A stretch of DNA of 30,837 nt from Solirubrobacteraceae bacterium (GCA_034665465.1 JAXDFS010000040.1:1-30837), one strand, 5' to 3'. Positions 9,206 through 17,944 are shown, counted from the first letter of the stretch. The notes: generated from the letters alone by a model not told the origin. Made by a program: numbers and translations.

Positions 9206-9369
9206 CACGGGCCTGGGTGGCGCGGCGGGCGTACGCGCCATCTGCCGCCGCGTGGCGGCAGCGCCGAGGTGTCCTGCCCAGCGGTCGTCCTGCGACCAAT
9301 ATCCAGGACGCTGGGCGCGCCTCCCTCATCGATGCAGTCAACGCCCGGCTCTCCGACGCCGACTGCGGA

Positions 9370-9375
9370 TACCCT
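9370..9375 (+). promoter_or_regulatory. Housekeeping -10 hexamer (TACCCT), leaderless start
   Basis: TANNNT located 7 nt before ATG 9383, with no SD. Confidence 0.5.
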
Positions 9376-9382
9376 CGCCCCG

Positions 9383-9817
9383 ATGGCACGCGCGATCGGC
9401 ATCAATCACGTGGCACTCGACGTCGGCGACATCGACGAGGCGCTCGCCTGGTACGGGCGCTTCTTCGACTTCGAGCTGCGCGGCAGGCGCGCGACGATGG
9501 CGTGGATCGACCTCGGCGACCAGTTCCTCGCGCTCAGCTCGCCGCGCGAGCAGGCCGCCGACGACAGGCGTCACCTCGGGCTCGTCGTCGACGACAAGGA
9601 GGGCGTTCGCGCGGCGCTGGCGGCTGCCGGCGTCGATGTCGCGCCGTCGGGCGGGCTGCGCTTCCTCGATCCCTGGGGCAACGCGATCGAGGTCGTCGGC
9701 TACCGCGACGTGCAGTTCACCAAGGCGCCGGAGATCCTCGCGGCGCTCGTGCCCGAGGGTCTGGAGAAGTCGCCCGCCGCGCGCGAGGAGCTGGCCCGCA
9801 AGGGGCTCGGCGGCTGA
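9383..9817 (+). CDS. VOC (glyoxalase/bleomycin-resistance) family protein
   Basis: GINHVALDVGDIDEALAWYGRFF...RHLGLVVDD...RFLDPWGNAIEVV. Start taken at ATG 9383. Confidence 0.85.
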   Translation: MARAIGINHVALDVGDIDEALAWYGRFFDFELRGRRATMAWIDLGDQFLALSSPREQAADDRRHLGLVVDDKEGVRAALAAAGVDVAPSGGLRFLDPWGNAIEVVGYRDVQFTKAPEILAALVPEGLEKSPAAREELARKGLGG

Positions 9818-10063
9818 GGCCGGGTCTGTCACCTGCGACGGCTCGTGGGTGGTCCGCGCGGCCGCCGTGCTGCCACGGACGCGGTTCGGGATCACTCAGA
9901 GAGCTTCGTCGTCGCGGCCGGAGGGGGAGGGTGCCGCACGAGTGTCGCGTTTGAGTTCCGGTGTCAGTTGATGATGCGTAGCCTGCCAGCGTTCGGATGC
10001 GTCTCCGATGAGGCAGGCATGCGTGTGGGGGTGCGGGTAGCCACACCCCTGCGGGCGCGAGCC

Positions 10064-10744
10064 CTACCCCATGCGCACGTACCCCAGCGCGCTGTCGGCG
10101 GTGTGCACGCGGCGCGAGACGCGGTCTGAGGAGTTGCCCTCGATCGTGGCGACCGAGCCATCGGGGCGGACGCCCTCGACGACGCCGATGTGCTCGTCCC
10201 AGACGATGAGGTCGCCCGGGCGCGGGACGACCCCGGGGCCGTTTGGCACGGCGCGGCCCGCGCGCTGAGCCCACGCGTAGAGCGCGTCGACGGAGCCGAA
10301 GCCCTGGCCCTGCTCGCCGAGCGGCATGCCCGCCTCGCGCGCGGCCCAGGAGGTGAAGTAGGCGCACCACGGGCCGACGCCGCTGCCGGCGGTGGCCTGG
10401 CGGTACTGGGCGATCCGCGCGGAGTCGTTGGAGCCCGGCGGCTGCTCGGCCTGGCCGACCTCGCCCTGGACGGCGGCCAGCAGCGCCGCTCCACCGCCGG
10501 TGGCCGGGACCGGGCCGGTGGCGGCCGGCGGCAGGCTGGACGCGCCCAGCACCGAGCCGGGGGCGATGGCCGGAGCTGCGGCAGGCACAGGCGCCCCGGG
10601 GGTCGCGCCCGCGGCGCTCTGCAGCAGCTGGGAGAACGACGAGGGTCCGACGCCGGAGAGCGTCGCCGGGGGCGCGACAGCCGGCGGCGGCGCCAGGCTG
10701 CCCTGGATCTCGGCGATCCGGACGAGGACCTCCTGGATGCTCAT
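10064..10744 (-). CDS. CHAP-domain peptidoglycan amidase/endopeptidase with a flagellar-type N-terminus
   Basis: ATG 10744 (ATGA overlap). MSIQEVLVRIAEIQ...FSQLLQ, then a Pro/Ala linker, then PWCAYFTSW (Cys), GDLIVWDEHIGVV (His) and TIEGNS. Confidence 0.85.
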   Translation of the reverse strand: MSIQEVLVRIAEIQGSLAPPPAVAPPATLSGVGPSSFSQLLQSAAGATPGAPVPAAAPAIAPGSVLGASSLPPAATGPVPATGGGAALLAAVQGEVGQAEQPPGSNDSARIAQYRQATAGSGVGPWCAYFTSWAAREAGMPLGEQGQGFGSVDALYAWAQRAGRAVPNGPGVVPRPGDLIVWDEHIGVVEGVRPDGSVATIEGNSSDRVSRRVHTADSALGYVRMG

Positions 10745-11469
10745 GGCCGCTCGCACCGGCGCGTCGCCTGGGCGACGGCGGGGATCGGGGCGTCGGGGAC
10801 GGTCAGGCAGCGGGCCAGGCGCTCGCGGTCGTCGCGCGCGACCTCGTAGCGGCCCTCGTCGCGCAGGTACTCGAACTCCGCCAGCGAGTGACACGACCCC
10901 CCGGGCGGCTGTGGCGAGGCCGGCGGGCGCACACCGGCTGCCAGCCCGGGCAGCCGGCGCAGGAGGATCTCGCGCGCGGCGGCCTCGACGCGCTCGTAGA
11001 GGCGCCCGCCGTCGTCGGAGGGCAGGACCGCGACCGCACGCTGCTCGACGATCGGCCCCGCGTGCAGGCCCGCGGTGAGCTCGTGCAGCGTGGCGCCGGC
11101 AGGGGTCCCCTCCCAGAGCGCCCAGAAGACGGGGTGCGTCCCGCGGCCCCACGGCAGCAGCCCCGGATGCAGGTTCCAGATCGCGCCCTCGTAGCGCGCG
11201 ACGAAGCCGGCGCCGAGGACGAACGGGAAGCCCACCGACAGCGCGGCGGATCCGGGCGAGAACTCCTGCGCCTGCGGGTCACCGGCGAAGACGTCGTGCC
11301 CGAGGTCGACCGCGAGCGCGACCAGCGCGTCGTCGAGGCAGACGACCTGGCGCACGCGCGCGCGCGGCGCGCTGCGCAGCGCCCATGCGCCCAGCGGCCC
11401 GCCGACGAGCAGGTCGAGGCCGCGGCTGGTCGACGTGACGCCGGTCGGTGTTCGGAGGGATGCGCCCAT
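10741..11469 (-). CDS. Formyltransferase-family protein (candidate sugar N-formyltransferase)
   Basis: SVGFPFVL...WNLHPGLLPWGRGTHPVFWAL..GTPAGATLHELTAGLHAGPIVEQ, the Formyl_trans_N signature NxHxxLLPxxRG. Confidence 0.82.
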   Translation of the reverse strand: MGASLRTPTGVTSTSRGLDLLVGGPLGAWALRSAPRARVRQVVCLDDALVALAVDLGHDVFAGDPQAQEFSPGSAALSVGFPFVLGAGFVARYEGAIWNLHPGLLPWGRGTHPVFWALWEGTPAGATLHELTAGLHAGPIVEQRAVAVLPSDDGGRLYERVEAAAREILLRRLPGLAAGVRPPASPQPPGGSCHSLAEFEYLRDEGRYEVARDDRERLARCLTVPDAPIPAVAQATRRCERP

Positions 11470-11481
11470 CAGGTCTCGCGT

Positions 11482-11508
11482 TCATCGGCGCCGATCGCCG
11501 GGACTTGA
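11482..11508 (-). promoter_or_regulatory. sigma28-type promoter for the formyltransferase-CHAP operon
   Basis: Minus strand CTCAAG: TCAA-N15-GCCGATGA. ATG 11469 lies 12 nt downstream. Confidence 0.8.
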
Positions 11509-11529
11509 GCCGCCCTGGACGGGGGTCGT

Positions 11530-11556
11530 TCAAGAAGCGCCGCCAAGCGCCGACCA
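11530..11556 (+). promoter_or_regulatory. sigma28-type promoter for GT module 1
   Basis: TCAA-N15-GCCGACCA. GTG 11564 lies 7 nt downstream. Confidence 0.78.
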
Positions 11557-11563
11557 CACGGGC

Positions 11564-12358
11564 GTGACCAGCGCCCCACTCGCCGTCGTGCCCGCCTACC
11601 TGCGAACCGCCGATGACCTCGACGCGCTGCGCCGCTGCCTGCACTCGCTTGCGCAGACGGCGCCCCAGGCGCAGGTGCTCGTGGTCGACGACTGCAGCCC
11701 GGCGGGTGAGCTCGTCGCCATGCTCGAGGTGGCCGCCGCAGAGGACGGCTTCGAGCTCGAGCGCCGGCCCCTCAACGGGGGCTTCGCGGCGACCGTCAAC
11801 GCGGGGCTGCGCCGCGCCCTGGCGCAGGAGCGCGACGCGGTGCTCGTCAGCCCCGACGTCGAGTTCCATGCGGCCGGCTGGCTGGAGGCGATGCTCGCCC
11901 GCACCGGCACCGACGCCCGCCCGGCTGCGGTCGTCGGCGCGCGCCTGCTGTATCCCAACGGGCTGCTGGCGCACGCCGGCATCCTCTTCTCGCTGCTGCA
12001 CCGCGGCTTCGCGCACCGCTACAACCTCGGCCCGGGCGAGCTGCCCGAGGCGCTCGTGCCCTGGCGCTGCCCGGTCGCGGGCGCGCTGCAGCTCATCCGC
12101 CACGACTGCCTCGCCGAGGTCGGCGTCTACGACGAGGCCTTCAACCTCGGCTGGGAGGACGTCGACTACTGCCTGCGCGTGTTCGCCGCCGGGCGCGAGT
12201 GCATCTACGAGCCGGCCGCCTGCGCGACGCACAGCGGGTCGCTGTCTCGCTCGCGCACAGCCAAGGGCCAGGAGGACTGGGAGCGCCGGGCGCTCGAGGT
12301 CCTGCTCGCCAAGCACGCCGCCGCCGACCTGTCCGCGTTCGTTCCGGCCTACGCATGA
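11564..12358 (+). CDS. Family 2 glycosyltransferase (module 1)
   Basis: [54 protein letters not shown]. The DxD position reads SPD. Confidence 0.88.
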   Translation: MTSAPLAVVPAYLRTADDLDALRRCLHSLAQTAPQAQVLVVDDCSPAGELVAMLEVAAAEDGFELERRPLNGGFAATVNAGLRRALAQERDAVLVSPDVEFHAAGWLEAMLARTGTDARPAAVVGARLLYPNGLLAHAGILFSLLHRGFAHRYNLGPGELPEALVPWRCPVAGALQLIRHDCLAEVGVYDEAFNLGWEDVDYCLRVFAAGRECIYEPAACATHSGSLSRSRTAKGQEDWERRALEVLLAKHAAADLSAFVPAYA

Positions 12359-13404
12359 ACGCGCTCTTCATCGGCATCGGCACCTCGGCGCGCTGCTGGT
12401 ATCGCTGCGCGCTGCCCGCCCGCGCGCTCGGCGCCGACTGGATCGGCGTCGGCGGCCACCCGACGGCGCTCGTCATCCGCACGGGACAGTGCACGCGCGA
12501 CATCGGCGGCATCGACGACCTCGCGACCTACGACACGGTGGTGCTGCAGCAGCCCCACGGCCCGGCGTGGTCGAATGCGATCGCCGAGCTGCGCCGCCGC
12601 GGCACGCGCGTGCTCTTCGAGGTCGACGAGGACCCGCGCGGCGCTGCGAACGCGACCGATCGCGGCGAGCGCACGGGCGGCGCGAGCCCGGCCACGGTGC
12701 ATGCGCTCGAGCAGGCGATGAGCGCCTGCGACGGGATCATCTGCCCGACCCGGCCGCTCGCCGACGCGCTGCGGGGCTTCAACGAAGACGCCTGGGTCTG
12801 CCCCAACGGCATCGACCTCGGCCGCTACGCGCTGAGCCGCACGGCGCGCGAGACGGTGACGATCGGCTGGGCCGGGCGGGCGGCGGCGTCCGGCGCCGCG
12901 ATCGCGCCGTGGCGCCGAGAGCTCGAGGAGGTGCTCGCCTCGCGCCCGGCGACCTCGTTCATGAGCGTCGGCGCCGAGGGCGTCGCGTCGGCGCTCGCGG
13001 AGCGCTTCGGGCCGCGGCGCTGCCAGGGGCTGCCGTGGGGCCCGATCGAGACCTATCCGGCCGCGATGAGCTCGTTCGACATCGCGCTCGCACCCGCCGC
13101 GCCGACCACCTGCTTTCGCAGCCGCGGCGACCTGCAGTGGCTCGAGGCCGCGGCGCTCGCCATCCCGGTCGTCGCCGGCGCCGCGCTGCACCCCGAGATC
13201 GAGGACGGCGTCACCGGACTGCTCGCCGCGACACCCGCGCAGGCGCGGGCTGCCATTCTCGCGCTCGTCGACGACGAGGGACTGCGCGATCGCATCGGCC
13301 TCGCCGCGCGGGCGTATGTCCGCGAGCACCGCTGCATCGAGGCCGTCGCGCCCGCATGGGCGCGCGCGCTGGCCGGCGCATCCGCCGCGGCGCAGGCGGC
13401 CTGA
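12355..13404 (+). CDS. GT-B/GT4-like glycosyltransferase (module 1; motifs degenerate)
   Basis: ATG 12355 (ATGA overlap). CWYRCALPA, VCPNGID, TIGWAG, FDIALAP, WLEAAALAIPVV, IEDGVTGLL. Confidence 0.85.
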   Translation: MNALFIGIGTSARCWYRCALPARALGADWIGVGGHPTALVIRTGQCTRDIGGIDDLATYDTVVLQQPHGPAWSNAIAELRRRGTRVLFEVDEDPRGAANATDRGERTGGASPATVHALEQAMSACDGIICPTRPLADALRGFNEDAWVCPNGIDLGRYALSRTARETVTIGWAGRAAASGAAIAPWRRELEEVLASRPATSFMSVGAEGVASALAERFGPRRCQGLPWGPIETYPAAMSSFDIALAPAAPTTCFRSRGDLQWLEAAALAIPVVAGAALHPEIEDGVTGLLAATPAQARAAILALVDDEGLRDRIGLAARAYVREHRCIEAVAPAWARALAGASAAAQAA

Positions 13405-13418
13405 CCGGCTCAGGCCGC
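13396..13418. terminator. Inverted repeat built from the two convergent stop codons (possible bidirectional terminator or pause site)
   Basis: GCGGCCTGA-ccggc-TCAGGCCGC, a 9-bp stem with no U-tract. Confidence 0.35.
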
Positions 13419-13955
13419 GGGCGCGGCGACGGCAGTCTGCCCCTTGCGCAGGCGCAGCAGGGCGTTGACCCCGCCGCGGCGGCGCGGCCGTGTGCCGGGC
13501 ATGGCGGCCAGTGAACGGCGGGCCGCGACGTCGAGCGCCGGAAGCTCCTTGATCCGCGAGCTGCGCGGGTTGGTCAGGACCGAGCCGGTCGCGTCGAGGA
13601 AGCGCAGCTCGTCGGCGATCGCGACCTGCAGCAGGCCGGTGGTGTGCCCCGCCGCGCCGTCGACCGCCCGCGCGAGCGCGTTGACGCCGGCGAGCGCGTC
13701 GCGCGTCTGCAGCTGTGCGCGGCTCAGCCCGCGGGCCGGCGTGATCCGCACGAGCTGGGTGCGCACGCCCTGGTCGAAGTCGACAAGCCGCGCGTGGATG
13801 TAGTGGACGTCCTGCGGCGCGAGCCGGTGGTGGCGCATCGGGCCCGCGACGACGATCGCGGCTGCCGAGCCGAACAGCAGCACGATCGCGAGGGCGACCG
13901 TCAGGCGCACGATCGTCCGGGGCCGGGTGGATGGGGGGCGCGGCGGCGACAGCAT
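13410..13955 (-). CDS. Hypothetical membrane-anchored or secreted protein, 181 aa
   Basis: ATG 13955 preceded by GAGGGG. One hydrophobic stretch (LTVALAIVLLFGSAAAIVVAGP) followed by a helical soluble region. Confidence 0.6.
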   Translation of the reverse strand: MLSPPRPPSTRPRTIVRLTVALAIVLLFGSAAAIVVAGPMRHHRLAPQDVHYIHARLVDFDQGVRTQLVRITPARGLSRAQLQTRDALAGVNALARAVDGAAGHTTGLLQVAIADELRFLDATGSVLTNPRSSRIKELPALDVAARRSLAAMPGTRPRRRGGVNALLRLRKGQTAVAAPAA

Positions 13956-14043
13956 CGGCACGGAGATTCCCCTCGCAGGCCATCGCGCAAGCACGAGTTT
14001 GCGTGCAACTGTCCTTCTGAAGGGCCTGCCGGGCGCCGGAACG

Positions 14044-17000
14044 CTACGCCGCGGACCGCAGCGCCTGACGGATCCGCTTCGCGGACACCTGCCCGTTGAC
14101 GCCGAGCCCCTGCGCGAACTGGCTGACACGCAGCTCCTGCAGCATCCAGGCGATCTCGCGCGGCGCACCCGGCCGGCTGCGAAACTCGGCTTCGAGCTCG
14201 TGGATCGTGCCGAGCTTGTCGCGGTCGGCGGCGACCGCGTCGGGCAGCCGTGCCAGGCGCCGTGCCGCGGCCCGCAGGTAGCGCGCGATGTCGGGCAGGC
14301 GCTGGGCTCCGGCCGCGGTGACGAAGCCGGGATAGACGAGCCCGCCGAGCTGGGCGGCGACGTCCAGGCGAGCGGGCTGCAGCGCGGGGTCGGCGCCGAC
14401 CGCGTCCAGCTGCATCCGCAGCTCGCGCGCCGCGTCGAGGACCTCCACGACCTGTGCCGCGACGGCGGCCGTCTTCGCCGGCAGTCCGGCCGCCACGTGA
14501 TCGCGCAGCGTGGCGAAGCCGGCCGCGTCCCAGGCCGGTCCGCCGGCGTCGGCGACGAGCGCGTCGAGCGCCGCGGCGAGCAGGTCGTCGAGCACGCCCT
14601 CGTGCGGCGCGCCCGCGAGCGTCAGCGCGGCGGCGCCGGGAAGGCCGCGCTGGACGCTGCGCAGCGGCGAGGGCACGGTCAGCGCGAGCAGCCGGCGCGT
14701 CCCGGTGCGCATCGCGGCGTATTGCGCGCCGGGGGTCTCGAACGCGCGCACGCCGATCGTCTGCCCCTCGTCGACGAGCGCGGGATATGCGCGCACGGCG
14801 CTGCCGGCGCCCGGCAGCTCGACGAACCGCGGCAGGTCGCCGAGCGTCCACTCGCGCAGGCCGGTGCGCTCGAGCGACGCCGTGGCTGCGGCCAGCTCGG
14901 CGCGCAGCCGCGGGCGCACCTGCGCGCGCAGCGCGTCGAGGTCCTCCCCGGCCGCGATGATCGTGGCGGCGTCGTCCTCCACGCGGAACGTGACCCGCAG
15001 GTGCGCCGGCAGCCTGCTCCGGTCGAACAGCTGCGGATCGACGCGCACGCCGCGCAGGTGCTCGAGCTCGCGCGCGACCGCCGCCACCAGGGTGCCGCGG
15101 CGCGGGCGCAGGTGCTCGACGACCTCCTCGGCCACGTCGGGGATCGGCACGAGCGGCCGGCGCAGGTCCTTGGGCAGCGACCGGATGAGCGCGGTGACGA
15201 GCTCGGTGCGCAGCCCCGGCACGAGCCAGTCGAAGCCCTCGGGACGCAGGCTGCCGAGCGCCTTCAGCGGGACGTGGACGGTCACGCCGTCGTCGTCGCT
15301 GCCGGGCTCGAAGCGGTAGCTCAGCGCGAGCGTCTCCTCGCCCTGGCGCCAGGCGTCGGGCAGCGCCGCCGGATCGAGCAGCTGCGCGGCGTCGGGGGCG
15401 AGCAGCTTCTCGCGGGTGAACGTCAGCAGGTCGGGGTCGTCGCGGCGGGCGTGCTTGAACCAGCGGTCGAAGTGCGCGGCCGAGACGACGCAGTCCGAGA
15501 CGCGGGCGTCGTAGAAGGCGAAGATCGCCTCCTCGCCGGGCACGAGGTCGCGGCGGCGGACGCGGTGCTCGAGCTCGGCGAGCTCCTCGAGCAGCTGCTG
15601 GTTGGCCTCGGCGAAGCGGTGGCGCGTCGTCCACTCGCCCGCCACGAGGGCGTGGCGGATGAAGAGCTCGCGCGAGAGGACGGGGTCGATCGGCCCGTAG
15701 GCGACCCTGCGCCCGGCGATGACCGGCAGCCCGTAGAGGGTCGCGCGCTCGGTGGCCACGACGCTGCCGCGCTTGTGATCCCAGCGCGGCTCGGAGTACG
15801 TCCGCTCGAGCAGATGGCCGGCGAGCGGCTCGATCCACTCGGGTTGCACCTGCGCGGCGACACGGCCCCACAGCCGCGACGTCTCGACGAGCTCGGCGAC
15901 CATGACCCAGGCCGGCTGCCTGCGGTGCAGCGCCGAGCCGGGCGCGATCGCAAAGCGCGCGCCGCGCGGGCCGAGGTACTCGCGCCGGCCGGCGTCGCGC
16001 AGGCCCAGCTGCGACAGCAGGCCGGAGAGCAGCGCGACGTGGACGTGCTCGGGATCGCCGGGCTGCTGGTTGAGCGTCACGCCGACCGAGCGCGCGGCCT
16101 GGCGCAGCTGGGAGGCGAGGTCCTGCCATTCGCGCACGCGCATGTAGTGCAGGAACTCGGCGCGGCAGAGCCGGCGAAACGCGCTGCCCGACAGCTCGCG
16201 GCGGTGCTCGCGCAGGTGCCGCCACAGGTTGATGTAGGAGAGGAAGTCCGAGCGCTCGTCGGCGAAGCGCGCGTGCTGCTCGTCGGCGGCGGCGCGCTCG
16301 TCGGTGGGACGCACGCGCGGGTCCTGGATCGACAGCGCGGCGGCGATGACGATGACCTCGTCGGCGCAGCCCAGGCGATCGGCCTCCAGGACCATCCGGC
16401 CCAGCCGCGGGTCGACGGGCAGTTGGGCCAGGCGCCGGCCCAGCGGCGTGAGGCGCTCGCGCGGCTCGCGGGCGGCCGGATCGAAGGCGCCGAGCTCGTG
16501 CAGCAGCGCCTTGCCGTCGCGGATCTGCCGTGCGTCGGGCGGGTCGAGGAAGCCGAAGTCCTCGACCTCCCCCAGGCCCAGGGCGGCCATCTGCAGGATG
16601 ACCGAGGCGAGGCTCGTGCGCAGGATCTCGGGATCGGTGTAGACGGGCCGGGCGGCGAAGTCCTCCTCGTCGTAGAGACGGATGCAGATGCCGTCCGAGG
16701 TGCGCCCGCAGCGGCCCTTGCGCTGCTCGGCGGAGGCCTGGGAGATCGGCTCGATCGGCAGGCGCTGGACCTTCAGCCGCGTGCTGTAGCGGCTGATGCG
16801 GGCAGTGCCGGGATCGACGACAGAGCCGATGCCGGGGACCGTCAGCGAGGTCTCGGCGACGTTCGTCGCCAGCACGACGCGGCGCGCCTCATGGACCTTG
16901 AAGACGCGCTGCTGCTCGGCGGGCGACAGGCGCGCGTAGAGCGGCAGGATCTCGGTCTCGGCGGGCAGTCGCCCGGTCAGCGCCTCGGCGGCGTCGCGGA

Positions 17001-17904
17001 TCTCGCGCTCGCCGCTGAGGAAGACGAGCACGTCCCCGGGTCCGTCCTGCAGCAGCTCCTCGACGGCGTCGCCGATCGCGTCGACCGGATCGCCCTCGTC
17101 GGCGACCGGGCGGTTGCGCACCTCTACGGGGAAGGTGCGCCCGGAGACCTCGACGATCGGCGCGCCACCGAAGTGGCGGCTGAAGCGCTCGGGGTCGATC
17201 GTGGCGCTCGTGATGACGAGCTTGAGGTCGGGGCGCTGGGGCAGCAGCCCCTTGAGGTAGCCGAGTAGGAAGTCGATGTTCAGGCTGCGCTCGTGCGCCT
17301 CGTCGACGATGATCGTGTCGTAGCGGCGCAGCAGGCCGTCGTGCTGGATTTCCGCAAGCAGCAGGCCGTCGGTGACGAGGCGCACGAGCGTGTCCGCGCG
17401 CGAGCGGTCGTCGAAGCGCACGGCGTAGCCGACGGCCTCGCCGAGCTCGGCGCCGAGCTCCTCGGCGATCCGCACGGCCACCGTGCGGGCGGCGAGCCGG
17501 CGCGGCTGGGTGTGGGCGATCGCGCCGCGCACGCCGCGGCCGAGCTCGAGGCAGATCTTCGGCAGCTGCGTCGTCTTGCCCGAGCCGGTCTCGCCCGCCA
17601 CGACGACGACCTGGTTGTCGCGGATGGCCGCCAGCAGGTCCTCGCGGCGCGCGCTGACCGGCAGCTGCTCGGGATAGCTGACCTCCGGGACGGCGGCCCG
17701 CCGCAGGGCGATGCGCTCCTCGGCGCGGGCGATCTCGCCGGCGATGCGGGCCGGCGCATCGCCGCCGTCGCGGATGGCGCGGTCCAGCCGCCGCGCGAGG
17801 CGGTGCTCGTCGCGAATCGTCAGCTCGCGCAGGCGCGCCCGCAGCTCGGCGGACTGCGGGTCGGCCGCGCCACGCCGCCGGGTCTGCTCGGAGGACGTAG
17901 CCAT
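14044..17904 (-). CDS. hrpA: ATP-dependent DEAH-box RNA helicase HrpA
   Basis: GETGSGKTTQLPK, TQPRRLAA, DEAHERSLNIDFLLG, SAT, TNVAETSLT, QRKGRCGR, and a long HrpA-type C-terminus. Start taken at ATG 17904 (MATSSEQ). Confidence 0.95.
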   Translation of the reverse strand: MATSSEQTRRRGAADPQSAELRARLRELTIRDEHRLARRLDRAIRDGGDAPARIAGEIARAEERIALRRAAVPEVSYPEQLPVSARREDLLAAIRDNQVVVVAGETGSGKTTQLPKICLELGRGVRGAIAHTQPRRLAARTVAVRIAEELGAELGEAVGYAVRFDDRSRADTLVRLVTDGLLLAEIQHDGLLRRYDTIIVDEAHERSLNIDFLLGYLKGLLPQRPDLKLVITSATIDPERFSRHFGGAPIVEVSGRTFPVEVRNRPVADEGDPVDAIGDAVEELLQDGPGDVLVFLSGEREIRDAAEALTGRLPAETEILPLYARLSPAEQQRVFKVHEARRVVLATNVAETSLTVPGIGSVVDPGTARISRYSTRLKVQRLPIEPISQASAEQRKGRCGRTSDGICIRLYDEEDFAARPVYTDPEILRTSLASVILQMAALGLGEVEDFGFLDPPDARQIRDGKALLHELGAFDPAAREPRERLTPLGRRLAQLPVDPRLGRMVLEADRLGCADEVIVIAAALSIQDPRVRPTDERAAADEQHARFADERSDFLSYINLWRHLREHRRELSGSAFRRLCRAEFLHYMRVREWQDLASQLRQAARSVGVTLNQQPGDPEHVHVALLSGLLSQLGLRDAGRREYLGPRGARFAIAPGSALHRRQPAWVMVAELVETSRLWGRVAAQVQPEWIEPLAGHLLERTYSEPRWDHKRGSVVATERATLYGLPVIAGRRVAYGPIDPVLSRELFIRHALVAGEWTTRHRFAEANQQLLEELAELEHRVRRRDLVPGEEAIFAFYDARVSDCVVSAAHFDRWFKHARRDDPDLLTFTREKLLAPDAAQLLDPAALPDAWRQGEETLALSYRFEPGSDDDGVTVHVPLKALGSLRPEGFDWLVPGLRTELVTALIRSLPKDLRRPLVPIPDVAEEVVEHLRPRRGTLVAAVARELEHLRGVRVDPQLFDRSRLPAHLRVTFRVEDDAATIIAAGEDLDALRAQVRPRLRAELAAATASLERTGLREWTLGDLPRFVELPGAGSAVRAYPALVDEGQTIGVRAFETPGAQYAAMRTGTRRLLALTVPSPLRSVQRGLPGAAALTLAGAPHEGVLDDLLAAALDALVADAGGPAWDAAGFATLRDHVAAGLPAKTAAVAAQVVEVLDAARELRMQLDAVGADPALQPARLDVAAQLGGLVYPGFVTAAGAQRLPDIARYLRAAARRLARLPDAVAADRDKLGTIHELEAEFRSRPGAPREIAWMLQELRVSQFAQGLGVNGQVSAKRIRQALRSAA

Positions 17905-17944
17905 GCATGGCCGAGCATAGGCGGCTGCTGCGATCATCGACTGC

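Noticed and set aside
5938-9954. 1338-aa plus-strand ORF overlapping the DGC/PDE gene
   Set aside because: Arg/Ala/Gly-rich off-frame shadow with no motifs. Its ATG is just part of the GCCGATG element, and the 5948 frame has all the domain motifs.
9818-10063. c-di-GMP riboswitch, tRNA, or short ORFs (9845-10129 plus; 18-codon ORF 9964-10020 minus)
   Set aside because: I could not match the GEMM or tRNA consensus. The ORFs lack a properly spaced RBS or coding-like composition. The region is kept only as an unassigned structured candidate.
13952-13978. GCCGATGC overlapping the start of the 13955 gene
   Set aside because: No TCAA or TAAA -35 at the right distance, and the element overlaps the start codon.
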